From Camelus dromedarius (Eukaryota), in NCBI RefSeq assembly GCF_036321535.1, contig NC_087436.1, positions 79,672,001 through 79,736,000 on the forward strand: a stretch of DNA of 64,000 bases, given 5' to 3'. Below, one piece after another: positions 1 through 11,672 of this stretch. Below the pieces are notes generated by a model. The model was not told the DNA's origin. It searched no databases and saw only the letters and a program-made list of their open reading frames with translations. A program made the position numbers and the translations under genes. Each line of letters starts with the position of its first letter. Positions within the stretch are counted from its first letter, which is position 1.

Positions 1-2487
1 GAATCACAGTGCCAATGTGTATGAATCTGTACACATATAGGCGTATATATGTATTTCTACGTGCTTGTATGTGATCAAGTGTACATGGAGAAAAACACAG
101 ATGACGCACTGGAGGTTGTTCACACAGGTTAATTTGGAATAGGGCAAAGCGGGAAAAGACTGCTTTAGAAAAGCACCTAAGATATGATAGTAAGGATGCC
201 TCCAGAGCTAGTTAATGGACAACGATGCCTTAACTAGCTTAAACAATGAGTATATGTATTATTTCATGTGACAAAAAGTGTTAAAGTATGGTTGGCCCCA
301 TTTGATTAATTCCAGGGATAAATTATGTTTTCAAAGAAATGTACCTTTTGTCTTTCTACTCTGTCCTCCCCAGGATGCGAGCTTCGTTCTTGGCTGTCTC
401 TCCCCAGGGCCACAAGATGATGGTCAAAACTTCAGGCATCACAGGCAGTCATAACCATGTCCATGGTTTATGTTTATTTTTCAAAACAAGGAAACGTGTC
501 CCAGAAGCCTGCCCCCACATCAGAGGACAGCAGGGTCTATGGAATGTCCAGGACTGGTTTTGATCCCATCCGAAGTCTCAGATCTGCCCTAAGGCTTTGG
601 ATGGAGTCCCTATTTCTGAAAGGTGGACCTCTGAATAAAACTGGGCTTCTATTTGCACAGAAGCAGAGGGAAACAGCTATTAGGCAAGCAATAGTGCCTG
701 CTACATATGACTTAATCCAGCATGTATCAGTATAGAAATACATGTGCTTATGTAGTGCATGAAGATATTCATACAATTAAATTTCAAAGAGAGCATATGT
801 TCTCACTGAGAAAAATTATTGCAGCTGTTCTGTATAATTTTAGAAATGCGGTACAAGGGCTTCTTTTTAGAGCTTTCAAGCTTTGACCCAAATGGAAAAA
901 ATTTGCTAGAAAACATGTAACTCCACTGCTATAACACATAATAGTACAATGTTTTTGTGTCACTTAACTGTGTAAGAGGTTAACCTTTTGCTCCACCCCT
1001 AAACAAGCAAGCCATTAATCTTCAAACAATACAAATGGTTTCCCCCTCCCTCTTTTTAAAATTTATTTAAGGAAATCTTGGTAGCATCTCATCAATCCCT
1101 ATGCAATGGATAAGATTATGCTTTGTGAACCTATTGTGTTGACTTTTAAGATAAGAGCTTTTAAGGATTTTTAAACCATCAAGCAGTATCCATCAGAACA
1201 AATAAATGAGAGGCCGCTCTATTCTTTTGAGACAGGATACATTCTGCGACCTATCTCTTCGTGACCTACAAGGCTTTAGGAGAAGAGCTTCCAGAGTTTA
1301 TTGGCAATGCCACTATTAGAAAGACTTCCCTCTCTCTTCCAGGCTCTTTGGGGGTCAGCCTTAAAGCAAGCATTAAGCGAACGGCTAATGGAATTAAGGG
1401 TATAATAATAGAAGGATATAGTGAGACAATTGTATTAACAAGAAATAAATCATGTTGAATGTAAGGTAAGTGTTTTTTAATTGATTGATGGGAAGGATGC
1501 TCCACAGGTTTTGTCGGGGACTCACAGCCATTTACCTCCCCATCTACAGTAAAAAGCCAAAATGTAGAAAAAAAGATAAGAAAATTATGCGGTGGGAAGA
1601 TAAATTATTCAGAGAAGATGGCCATTTTGTGCTGACATCACTAATGTGAAAAGGCATTAAATCTTTGACACTAGCTTCATTCCTTAGGAGTTGTGGGGCT
1701 AAAACAACGTTTTGTACTAGAGGTAACTGAAGAGTCTATTCCTGGAGCTTCCCTCTGTGCCATGAGTGGCTTCCAAGGTGACTGGGTACCCAAGGAAACA
1801 GCCAGTTCTGTGAAATAACAGTCTTGCGCTTTGAAAGCTAGTACCTCTGTTTATATTATTATAACCATCTAGCTGTCAGTATTTTTCATCCAGTTGGCAA
1901 AGTTTACATGTCCTGATGTCAAAGATGTAGAGAACTACATGAAAGGCATTTTAAGTAGTTTTGGATATAAAAAATTTTGATGCTGAATTTCATGAATAGA
2001 TGCCTTTTATTATACTCTCATGGTTACCAAGTCCCCTCTTTTATCCTACCATAATCCTCTTTCTCTGCAGCTGTTCTTACTGCTTAGTTACAGCAGTAAG
2101 GACAGCCCATTTTAGACCAGCAATGCTCTAGAGACTCCTTATTGTAAGATGCAGATATGAAGGAGTGTGGGTAGATTCCGTCTATGTGCAGGCAAGGGGC
2201 TGTGCTTCTTGTTACAACTGCTTTAAGGGTTACTTCAAATATTCTCCCTTACTCCCGTTGCAATTTCTTGCTGCCTCAGGTTACTTAACTAGGTTTATAA
2301 ACTGTAATCCAGGAAATGTGTTCTCCATAATGTTGGAAACAACGTGTAACACATATCAAGAAAGAAATCAATATCCCTAAACTTTGGCAGTTCTAGTTTT
2401 CCAATGAAGTTTATCCATTTGTAAGTTATTTGTTCTTTTTAAAAATTTTATTTCTCTTTTTCTATTGTTCGAAGGAAGTAGGGCTGA

Positions 2488-2712
2488 CAATTACTGGACA
2501 CCTGCTATGCTCCAGTTACTGAGTTAGGCATTTTACAGATGTTGCTTTAAGTTTATTTCCTGCAGTCATTCTTTGCAGTAAATATGATCATTTCATAAAT
2601 AAGGAAACCAAGCTTAGGGGAATTAAGCTTAAATTGCTAGTTAGAGGTAAGGGGTGGGATTAGAACCCAGGGATGTGGGAGATTGCAAAGCCTGCATTCT
2701 CCACTTACACCA
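2488..2712 (-). mobile_element. MIR
   Basis: ATAAGGAAACCAAGCTTAGGGGAATTAAG..GGGATTAGAACCCAGG. Confidence 0.65.
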
Positions 2713-2799
2713 GACTTTGGCAGCGATATTTTGAAGCTTTATGAAATATTGCAGTTGAGTGGAAGGTCTGACTAGGAATCTCTGAGATCCTTCCAAAGG

Positions 2800-3120
2800 T
2801 AATTGTCATCACTGGGTTCTCTGGAAGCAGATGTTAAGAAGTTTGGGGTGCAAAATATTTATTATGGTGAAAGAAGAGGAAAGGAAGCAGAATGGGGCAG
2901 AGGAAGTAGTTAAACTGCAATGCTAGTCCAACAAAACTGTGATCAATGCTGTGAGGAACTTTGGAGTAAACTTTGCATCTGAGAATCCTGCGATGGGTTG
3001 AAATGAGCAGTCCTTTCTCCCCTGACCTTGGTCAGAAAGCTCCAGGAAGGAACTGAACAAGAGTCAGCAAGTCCTTCCTTAAAGGGGATCTGGACAGCAT
3101 ATCTCTGTGTCTATCACACA
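2800..3120. mobile_element. Old ERVL-type LTR (LTR16-like)
   Basis: GGGTTCTCTGGAAGCAGATG..GGGGTGCAAAATATTTATT..GAAGCAGAATGGGGCAGAGGAAG..AACTGCAATGC. Confidence 0.5.
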
Positions 3121-4333
3121 AGTAACTTCAGTGTTTCTATAATGGACTAGTAAATGGTTTCTTTTGTCATTGTTTTGGTTGTATTGTCCAATGGAATAGG
3201 GGATATGTGATGGTGAGTTTCGATAAGGAGCTCAAGCTTGAATTCTTTGCAATAAGATTGCCCTCTCTACATAGCCTTACTCATGACATAGCCTTACTCA
3301 TTATCCCTGTTGATGTCTATTTCTTTCCATTGCATGGATCAAGTTGATCGAATTTCTCTTTGGCATTACTTACAGCTTTCACAGTTTTGAATACTCAATC
3401 CTCTTCTTGGCTGACTCAATTCTCTGTATCTTACATATTTACTGATCTCAACATTAATCTATGGTTTTACTCAATTGACTTTCATTCCTATTACAGATTT
3501 TAGCCAATAAGAACATTAATTTATAATGTAAAATACGTAGTGTGTACCTAGGGTGCAGTGTATAATATAAAAATATCTAATGTGCTCTCTCTAAGTAATT
3601 TTTATAATAGCCTATGTGTGAACTAAGCCTGTCTAGTCCTCTGGATACATTTCATCATGAATTTGCCTGCACTGTACCTTCCTGCTAATTTCCCTTCAGC
3701 CAGTATTATAACCAGGTAATATGATGTAACCACCACAGTTCGCCCTACTGATAGCGTTTGTGAAATAAAGCAGGAGCCACACTTCAGTTCTTCGAGGTTC
3801 ACCACTTGCTCCACCTGAAATACTGTTTATGATGACCTTCTAGAAACTTTGTTACTGTAGCCCATCCTTTTATTTGTCTTCATTGACTTTATGGTCAGTG
3901 TTCCCCTTGTGGACTCACCAAGTTTACATAAAGTTTCTGACAAAATTCTTCCAACACTAATAATCTCAATGGTTGTCTTGATAATCCAATATTCTTTCTT
4001 TTTTTTTTTTAACTTTTTTTATTGATTTATAATCATTTTACAATGTTGTGTCAAGTTCCAGTGTTCAGCGCAATTTTTCAGTCATTCATGGACATATACA
4101 CACTCATTGTCACATTTTTTTCTCTGTGAGTTATCATAACATTTTGTGTGTATTTCCCTGTGCTATACAGTGTAATCTTGTTTATCTATTCTACAATTTT
4201 GAAATCCCAGTCTATCCCTTCCCACCCTCCATCCCCCTGGCAACCACAAGTCTGTATTCTCTGTCTATGAGTCTATTTCTGTCCTGTATTTACACTTTGT
4301 TTTTGTTTGTTTGTTTGTTTTTGTTTTTGTTTT

Positions 4334-7300
4334 TTAGATTCCACATATGAGTGATCTCATATGGTATTTTTCTTTCTCTTTCTGGCTTACTTCACTTAGA
4401 ATGACATTCTCCAGGAGCATCCATGTTGCTGCAAATGGCATTATGTTGTCGGTTTTTATGGCTGAGTAGTATTCCATTGTATAAATATACCACCTGTTCT
4501 TTATCCAGTCACCTGTTGATGGACATTGAGGCTGTTTCCATGTTTTGGCTATTGTAAATAGTGCTGCTATGAACATTGGGGTGCAGGTGTCATCCTGAAG
4601 TAGATTTCCTTCTGGATACAAGCCCAGGAGTGGGATTCCTGGGTCATATGGTAAGTCTATTCCTAGTCTTTTGAGGACTCTCCACACTGTTTTCCATAGT
4701 GGCTGCACCAAACTGCATTCCCACCAGCAGTGTAGGAGGGTTCCCCTTTCTCCACAGCCTCTCCAGCATTTGTCATTTGTGGATTTTTGAATGACGGCCA
4801 TTCTGACTGGTGTGAGGTGATACCTCATTGTAGTTTTGATTTGCATTTCTCTGATAATTAGTGATATTGAGCATTTTTTCATGTGCTTTTTGATCATTTG
4901 TATGTCTTCCTTGGAGAATTGCTTGTTTAGGTCTTCTGCCCATTTTTGGATTGGGTTGTTTATTTTTTTCTTATTGAGTCATATGAGCTGCTTATATATT
5001 CTGGAGATCAAGCCTTTGTCGGTTTCACTTGCAAAAATTTTCTCCCATTCCATAGGTTTTCTTCTGGTTTCCTTTGCTGTGCAGAAGCTTGTAAGTTTCA
5101 TTAGGTCCCATTTGTTTATTCTTGCTTTTATTTCTTCTAGGAGAAAATTTTTGAAATGTATGTCAGATAATGTTTTGCCTATGTTTTCCTCTAGGAGGTT
5201 TATTTTATCTTGTTTTATGTTTAAGTCTTTGATCCATTTTGAGTTGATTTTTGTATATGGTGTAAGGGAGTATTCTAGCTTCATTGTTTTACATGCTTCT
5301 GTCCAGTTTTCCCAGCACCATTTGCTGAAGAGACTGTCTTTATTCCAATGTATATTCTTGCCTCCTTTGTCAAAGATGAGTTGACCAAAAGTTTGTGGGT
5401 TCATTTCTGGGCTCTCTATTCTGTTCCATTGGTCTATATGTCTGTTTTGGTACCAATACCATGCTGTCTTGATGACTGTAGCTCTATAGTATTGTCTGAA
5501 GTCTGGGAGAGTTATTCCTCCAGCCTCTTTCATTCTCTTCAGTAAAGCTTTGGCAATTCTAGGTCTTTGATGGTTCCATATGAATTTTATTATGATTTTT
5601 CTAGTTCTGTGAAATATGTCCTGGGTAATTGGATAGGGATTGCATTAAATCTGTAGATTGCCTTGGGCAGTGTGACCATTTTAACAATATTGATTCTTCC
5701 AATCCAAGAGCATGGAATATCTTTCCATTTTTTAAAGACTTCTTTAATTTCCTTCATCAATGGTTTATAGTTTTCTGTGTATAATTCTTTCACCTCCTTG
5801 GTTATATTTATTCCCAGATATTTTATTACTTTGGGTGCTATTTTAAAGGGGATTGTTTCTTTACTTTCTTCTGTTGATTTATTGTTAGTGTAAAGAAATG
5901 CAACTGATTTTTGAACGTTAATTTTGTAACCTGCTACCTTGCTGAATTCTTCAATCAGCTCTAGTAGCTTTTGTGTGGACCTTTTAGGGTTTTCTATATA
6001 TAGTAGCATGTCATCAGCATATAATGACACTTTTACCTCTTCTTTTCCAATTTGGATCCCTTTTATTTCTTTCTCTTGCCTGACTGCTGTGGCTAGGACT
6101 TCCAGGACTATGTTGAATAGGAGTGGTGATAGTGGGCATCCTTGTCTTGTCCCAGATTTTAGTGGGAAGCTTTTGAGTTTTTCACCGTTGAGTACTATGC
6201 TGGCTGTAGGTTTGTCATATATAGCTTTTATTATGTTGAGATATGTTCCCTGTATACCCACTTTGGTGAGAGTTTTTACCATAAATGGGTGTTGAATTTT
6301 ATCAAATGCTTTTTCTGCATCGATTGAGATGATCATGTGGTTTTTGTCCTTTCTCTTGTTGATGTGATGTATTACATTGATTGATTTGCATATGTTGAAC
6401 CAGCCTTGTGTCCCTGGGATGAACCCCACTTGGTCATGATGTATAATCTTTTTTATGTGTTGTTGGATTCTATTTGCTAAAATTTTGGTGAGGATTTTGG
6501 CGTCTATGGTCATCAGTGATATTGGCCTATAATTCTCTTTTTTTGTTGTGTCTTTGCCTGGTTTTGGTATCAGGGTGATGGTGGCTTCATAGAATGAGTT
6601 TGGGAGTATTCCCTCCTTTTCAATCGTCTGGAAGAGTTTGAGAAGGACTGGTATGAGTTCTTCTTTGTATGTTTGGTAGAATTCCCCAGTGAAGTCGTCC
6701 GGTCCTGGACTTTTATTTGTAGGGAGGTTTTTAATTGCTATTTCTATTTCCTTTCTAGTGATTGGATTGTTCAAGTGTTCAGATTCTTCTTGATTCAGTT
6801 TTGGTGGACAGTATGTTTCCAGAAACTTGTCCATCTCCTCTAGGTTGTCCAGTTTGGTTCCATATAGTTTTTCATAATATTCTCGTATGATATTCTGTAT
6901 TTCTATTTTGTTTGTTGTAATTTCTCCATTTTCCTTTCTTATTTTGCCAATTTGTGCTCTCTCTTTTTTCTTCTTTGTGAGTTTGGCCAGAGGTTTGTCG
7001 ATTTTATTTACTTTTTCAAAAAACCAGCTTTTGGTTTGGTTGATTTTTTTCTATGGTCTTGTTAATCTCTATTGTATTTAATTCCTCTCTGATCTTTATT
7101 ATTTCCTTCCTTCTGCTGTTTGGGGCTTTTTGTTCTTCTTTTTCTAATTCATTCAGGTGGTGGGTTAAATTGTTTATTTGAGATTGTTCTTCTTTTTTGA
7201 GGAAGGCCTGTATCGCTATAAACTTCCCTCTTAGCACTGCCTTTGCTGTGTCCCATAGGTTTTGAGTGGTTGTGCTTTCATTATCATTTGTCTCAAGGTA

Positions 7301-8113
7301 TTTTTTAATTTCAGCTTTGATTTCCTCATTGATCCATTGTTTTTTCAATAACATATTGTTTAATCTCCATGCTTTCCTTTTTTTCTCCTTTGTTTCTCTG
7401 TTGTTGATTTCCAGTTTCATGGCATTGTGGTCAGTAAAGATGCTTGAGATAATTTCTATCTTCTTAAAATTGTTGAGGTTTCTTTTGTGCCCAAGTACAT
7501 GATCGATCCTGGAAAATGTTCCATGTGCACTTGAAAAGAATGTATATCCTATTTTTTGAGGGTGTAATGTTCTGAAAATATCCACCAAATCTAGTTTTTC
7601 TATTGTAGTATTTAATTTCTCTGTTGCCTTGTTTATTTTCTGTCTGGAAGATCTGTCTAGTGATGTTAATGCAGTGTTAAAATCTCCAACTATGATTGTA
7701 TTCCCATCAATATCCCCCTTTATCTCTGTTAGTAATTCTTGTATGTACTTAGGTGCTCCTATATTGGGTGCATATATATTAACGAGTGTAATATCCTCAT
7801 CTTGTATCACTCCTTTAATCATTATAAAATGTCCTTCTTTATCTTTCTTTATGGCCTTTGTTTTAAAGTCTATTTTGTCTGAAATCAGTACTGCAACACC
7901 TGCTTTTTTGGCTTTTCCATTTGCATGGAATATCCTTTTCCATCCTTTCACTCTCAATCTACATGTGTCCTTCTCCCTAAAGTGGGTCTTTTGTATGCAG
8001 CATATTGAAGGTTCTTGCTTTATTATCCAGTCTGCCACTCTGTGTCTTTTGACTGGAGCATTTAGTCCATTAACATTTACAGTAATTAATGATAGATGTG
8101 TGTTTATTGCCAT
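4334..8113 (-). pseudogene. L1 ORF2p (APE endonuclease + RT + C-terminal CCHC), disrupted
   Basis: EN motifs NVNGLN, YAPN, GDFN, RIDH, TDH; RT motifs YRPISL, QGCPLSP, YADD, YLGI; CCHC CWRGC-x7-H-x4-C. Lesions: +1 in A-run 7044-7050, -1 at 5596-5600, CGA>TGA at 4979-4981 (the last two by comparison with the copy at 22-25 kb). Confidence 0.95.
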
Positions 8114-8517
8114 TTTGAACTTATCTTTGCAGTTGAATTGGTATGTCCTCTGTGTTCCTTTCTTCTTCCTTTTGTGGTTTGGTAATTTTCCTTTGTATTA
8201 TCATGGATTTTATTTAATTTTTGTGACTCCTTTGTAAATTTTTGGCTTGTGGTTACCCTTTTTTGTAAATCTATAAACCCATTACTATAACTGTTTTTAT
8301 TAAACTGATAGTAACATAATCTCAAACCCATTCTACTGTTAAAAAAATTTAAAAAAGAAAGAAAAAAATATTCTATATTTCCCTGCCTCCCTCTCCTACT
8401 CTCAGTAATTTGTATGTCTTCTTTCATAATTTCATGTTTACTTTATTTGTAATTCATGAGTTATCACCTTTCCAGTTGTGTGTTTCTCATTTCTGTAGCA
8501 TCCTGCTGCTTTTCTAT

Positions 8518-9420
8518 TTAGAATAGCCCTTTCAATATTTCTTTTAGCATGGGTTTAGTGTTGCTAAACTCCTGCAGCTTTTTTTTGTCTGTGAAACTCT
8601 TTATTTCTCCTTCTGTCCTCAAGGATAGCCTTGCTGGATAAAGGATCCTAGGCTGCATCTTTTTTTCATTCAGGGCTTTGAATATATCTTGCCACTCCCT
8701 TCTGGCCTGTAGTGTTTGTGTAGAGAAATCAGCTGAGAGCCTTATGGGGGTTCCCTTGTAACTTACTCTTTGCTTTTCTCTTGCTGCCTTTAGAATCATT
8801 TCTTTATCCTTGACTCTGGCCATCTTGATTATGGTATGTCTTGGTGTGGGTCTATTTGCGTTCTTCCTGTTTGGGACCCTCTGAGCTTCCTGTGCTTGGA
8901 TATCTGATTCCTTCTTTAAGTTTGGGAAGTTTTCAGTCATGATTTCTTCAAAAACCTTTTCAATCCCCTTTGATCTTTCTTCTCCTTCTGGGACCCCTAT
9001 TATGCGAAGATTGGGATGCTTTATATTATCCCATAGGTCCCTTATGCTATTTTCATTATTTTTTATTTGCTTCTCTTGTAGTTCTTCTGAATGGGTGCTT
9101 TCTATTGCCCTGTCTTCAAGATCACTAGTTCGTTCCTCTGCATTATCTAGTCGGCTTTGCACAGCTATTAGATCATTCCTCATCTCTGTCAATGAGTTTA
9201 ACCATTCTACTTGGCTCTTCTTTATAGCTTCAATTTCATTTTTGACATATTTTATATCTCTAAACACTATCTCTTTTAATTCCTTCAGCACTTCGATCAC
9301 TCCTTTTTTGAAATCTTGATCTAGTAGGCTATCGATGTCTATTTCGTTGATATTTCTTTCAGGGGATTTCTCTTGTTCTTTTAATTGGGAAAGGTTTTTC
9401 TGCTTCTTCATCTTGCTCAT
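8518..9420 (-). CDS. L1 ORF1p (RNA-binding/chaperone), 300 aa, open reading frame
   Basis: Heptad coiled-coil region, then NLRIIGVPE, ENFPNL, QRVP, TPRH, REK, YKGTPIRLSADFS, ARREW, YPARLS motifs typical of ORF1p. Confidence 0.93.
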   Translation of the reverse strand: MSKMKKQKNLSQLKEQEKSPERNINEIDIDSLLDQDFKKGVIEVLKELKEIVFRDIKYVKNEIEAIKKSQVEWLNSLTEMRNDLIAVQSRLDNAEERTSDLEDRAIESTHSEELQEKQIKNNENSIRDLWDNIKHPNLRIIGVPEGEERSKGIEKVFEEIMTENFPNLKKESDIQAQEAQRVPNRKNANRPTPRHTIIKMARVKDKEMILKAAREKQRVSYKGTPIRLSADFSTQTLQARREWQDIFKALNEKKMQPRILYPARLSLRTEGEIKSFTDKKKLQEFSNTKPMLKEILKGLF

Positions 9421-11120
9421 ACCTCTTTGGCACTGTGGTTTATGGAGTATCAGTTGTTTATTTTGGTCCTTAAGGATTTTATCTATCTAATGCCTATTTA
9501 GGAATAGAACTTAGGAAAAAAAGAAAAAAAAAAATAAGAGAGAGAGAGAAAGAATTTTAAAAGAAGGGAGAAAGAGGGTTTGAAAACAGTGTATAATGAA
9601 TAATAGAAGAGTGAATTGAAGCAGAGTATTAATCGGGTTGAGACGTCCTTTTAAAACCTTTACAAAAAAAGGGGGGGGGGGAGATGAATAGATGTATTTG
9701 AAACCTGTGTCTAATCAATAGCAGGACATCAAAACCCAAGAGAAATAGAAATGAATTAAGAAGTAAAAATTAAGAGAGTAATAGAAAATAGAACAGGTAA
9801 AAACAGATTTAAAAAAAAAAGGGGGGGGGGGTTTGTCGGTGTTCTCCTGGAGTCTGTGTGTTTTTAATGTGAAGTCTTTCTGTCTTCATCCTGTTTTGGA
9901 AGCTCAGCTTGCTGTTTTCAGAGGCCCTCCGTTGGTGCCCTCTTCTGTGCTGCTCCCAGCACCTGTCGGCAAGCAGATCGAGCCTCCTCCTAACACTGGG
10001 TCAGGTGCAGCTCTCTGCTGTGGGCAGGCGGGTCGCTGCCCCTCCGGATGCCGCAGTCAGATGTTGCAGACTGGCCAGGTAGGAGGGCGGGTCGTGCCCC
10101 CTCCCAGCACCTCGGTCAGGGGCTGTGTTCCTGCCCGAAAGGCGGGGGGGGTGGGCGCTCTCCCTCTACCTGCGCCGCCGGTAGCTCCGCTGCTCTGTGC
10201 GGCTGCACGCTCCGCCCTGGTCGGCGCTGCGCCCTGGTCGGCGCTCTGCAGGTGGGCTCCGGGAAGACCGAGGGACAGCCCTGTCCCTGCTCGGAGCCAA
10301 AACCCAGCTCCTTGTTTGTCTTTGTGGAGCAAGTTCTCTCAGGGACCAGGATGGAAGGATCCTATCTGCCCCAGGCTGCAGGCCAATCTCAGTCTGGCCT
10401 TTGAGGCTGCTAAGCCCTTTGGTGCGGATGCAGGTTTCGCCCCACCCCCGCCTGGGTGCTCAGCGCAGAGGATATGGCGGCTGTGCCTGAGCCCCACCTC
10501 TCTTCCCCCGAAAACTTTCCTCGGGTTTTCAGAGATGGGGGTGTGCACCCTTCCCCCGAGAGCACATCAACCTTGCTGTTTTATGGAGGGCCCAGGTTGT
10601 TCTGCCCTATGCACCCACAGTCACAGCCTGCAGCCCCTTGCAGTCCCCCGGGGCTGCCTCTGTGCAGCCGCCCCCGTCCTCTGCCCGGCTTGTGCAGCCT
10701 GGCCCTGCCCGCCGCTACCAGCCCGCGTCTCAGGCTGGGTGTCGGGGGGACGCTCTGTGCCCGTTTAACTTAGTTCTGTTAGTCAAGAGCTGCTCTGTAC
10801 AGATCCGAGCCTCGGAGGCTCCCCCTCCGTCCCGCTGGCCTCTCAGTTGGAGAGGGGAGACCCAGCGAGCGAGCGCCAGTCCTCCTTTGCCGCTCACTCC
10901 CCGCGGGACCCGTCCAGCGCTGCTTTGCCTTTTGTTCTTTCTTTTTTCCTTTTCTCCTACCAGGTTTTTGGCGTCTTTATCTTTTGAAGAGGGCGATGTT
11001 CTGTCGGAGTTCCGCAGGTGCTCTGGTTGGCTGCGTGGGTCTGTAGATGTGGGTCTTGGTGTATTTGTGGGAGAGGGTGACCTGCGAGCGTCCTTCTACT
11101 CCGCCGTCTTCCTCAAGTTC
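9421..11120 (-). promoter_or_regulatory. L1 5'UTR / internal Pol II promoter, CpG-island-like at ~9920-11120
   Basis: Sharp rise in GC and CpG; YY1-like AAGACGGCGG at the 5' tip; 16-bp tandem duplication CGCCCTGGTCGGCGCT at 10213-10228 and 10230-10245. Confidence 0.85.
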
Positions 11121-11451
11121 CCAATATTCTTTCTTAAGAGTATGAGCCCTCTCCCATGTGTCTTTTTGGAATACACTTGTGATGGGGAGACTGGCAACCT
11201 TCCTTCTCCTGGCTCCATGACAGCTAAATTCTGAATTATGTGAATGTAATCATCCCAGTCCATTCCCAGGGTAGCAAATGACCTTTAAGACTAATGTAGC
11301 ACTGTATGATTCTAGTAGGATTCAGGAAGACAAGGAAAGAAATGAACACTTTTGTATATAATAATGGTAAAAAAAAAAAAACAACTGATTCTAAAGGTAG
11401 AATTGACTCTTTGTTAGTGGAGGAAAGGTTCATTTCTATTTGGCTTTAAAT

Positions 11452-11672
11452 GAGGGTTTCTCAACCTCAGTAATTACTGACATTTTAGGTCAGGTAATTT
11501 TTTGGTGAGAAGAGATGCTGTCCTGTGCATTGTAGGATGTTTAGCAGCATCTCTGGTCTCTTACCTATTAGGTGCCAGCAACATTACGCCCCAAGCTGTG
11601 ACAACCAGAAATGTCTCAAGCATTTCCATGTATCCCCTGAGGAGCAAGACTGCCGCGGATTGAAAACCACTG
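11452..11672 (-). mobile_element. MER20 (hAT-Charlie MITE)
   Basis: Termini AGGGTTTCTCAAC ... TTGAAAACCACTG; core CTGTCCTGTGCATTGTAGGATGTTTAGCAGCATC. Confidence 0.85.

Larger units (their letters stand above)
4001..11120 (-). mobile_element. Full-length young LINE-1 (7.1 kb): 5'UTR, ORF1, spacer, ORF2, 3'UTR, poly(A)
   Basis: TSD CCAATATTCTTTCTT at 3986-4000 and 11121-11135, followed by AA (TTCTT/AA L1 endonuclease site); poly(T) at 4001-4010; ORF1 and ORF2 motifs; CpG-rich 5' end. Confidence 0.97.

Noticed and set aside
4836..9319. Plus-strand ORFs of 118-202 aa (4836-5384, 5939-6295, 7629-8237, 8939-9319; also 23016-23564, 24123-24509)
   Set aside because: Antisense shadows of L1 ORF1/ORF2; Phe/Leu/Ser-rich by composition, with no independent coding evidence
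9920..11120. Host-gene CpG island promoter
   Set aside because: Lies entirely inside the L1 TSDs, so it is the L1 5'UTR
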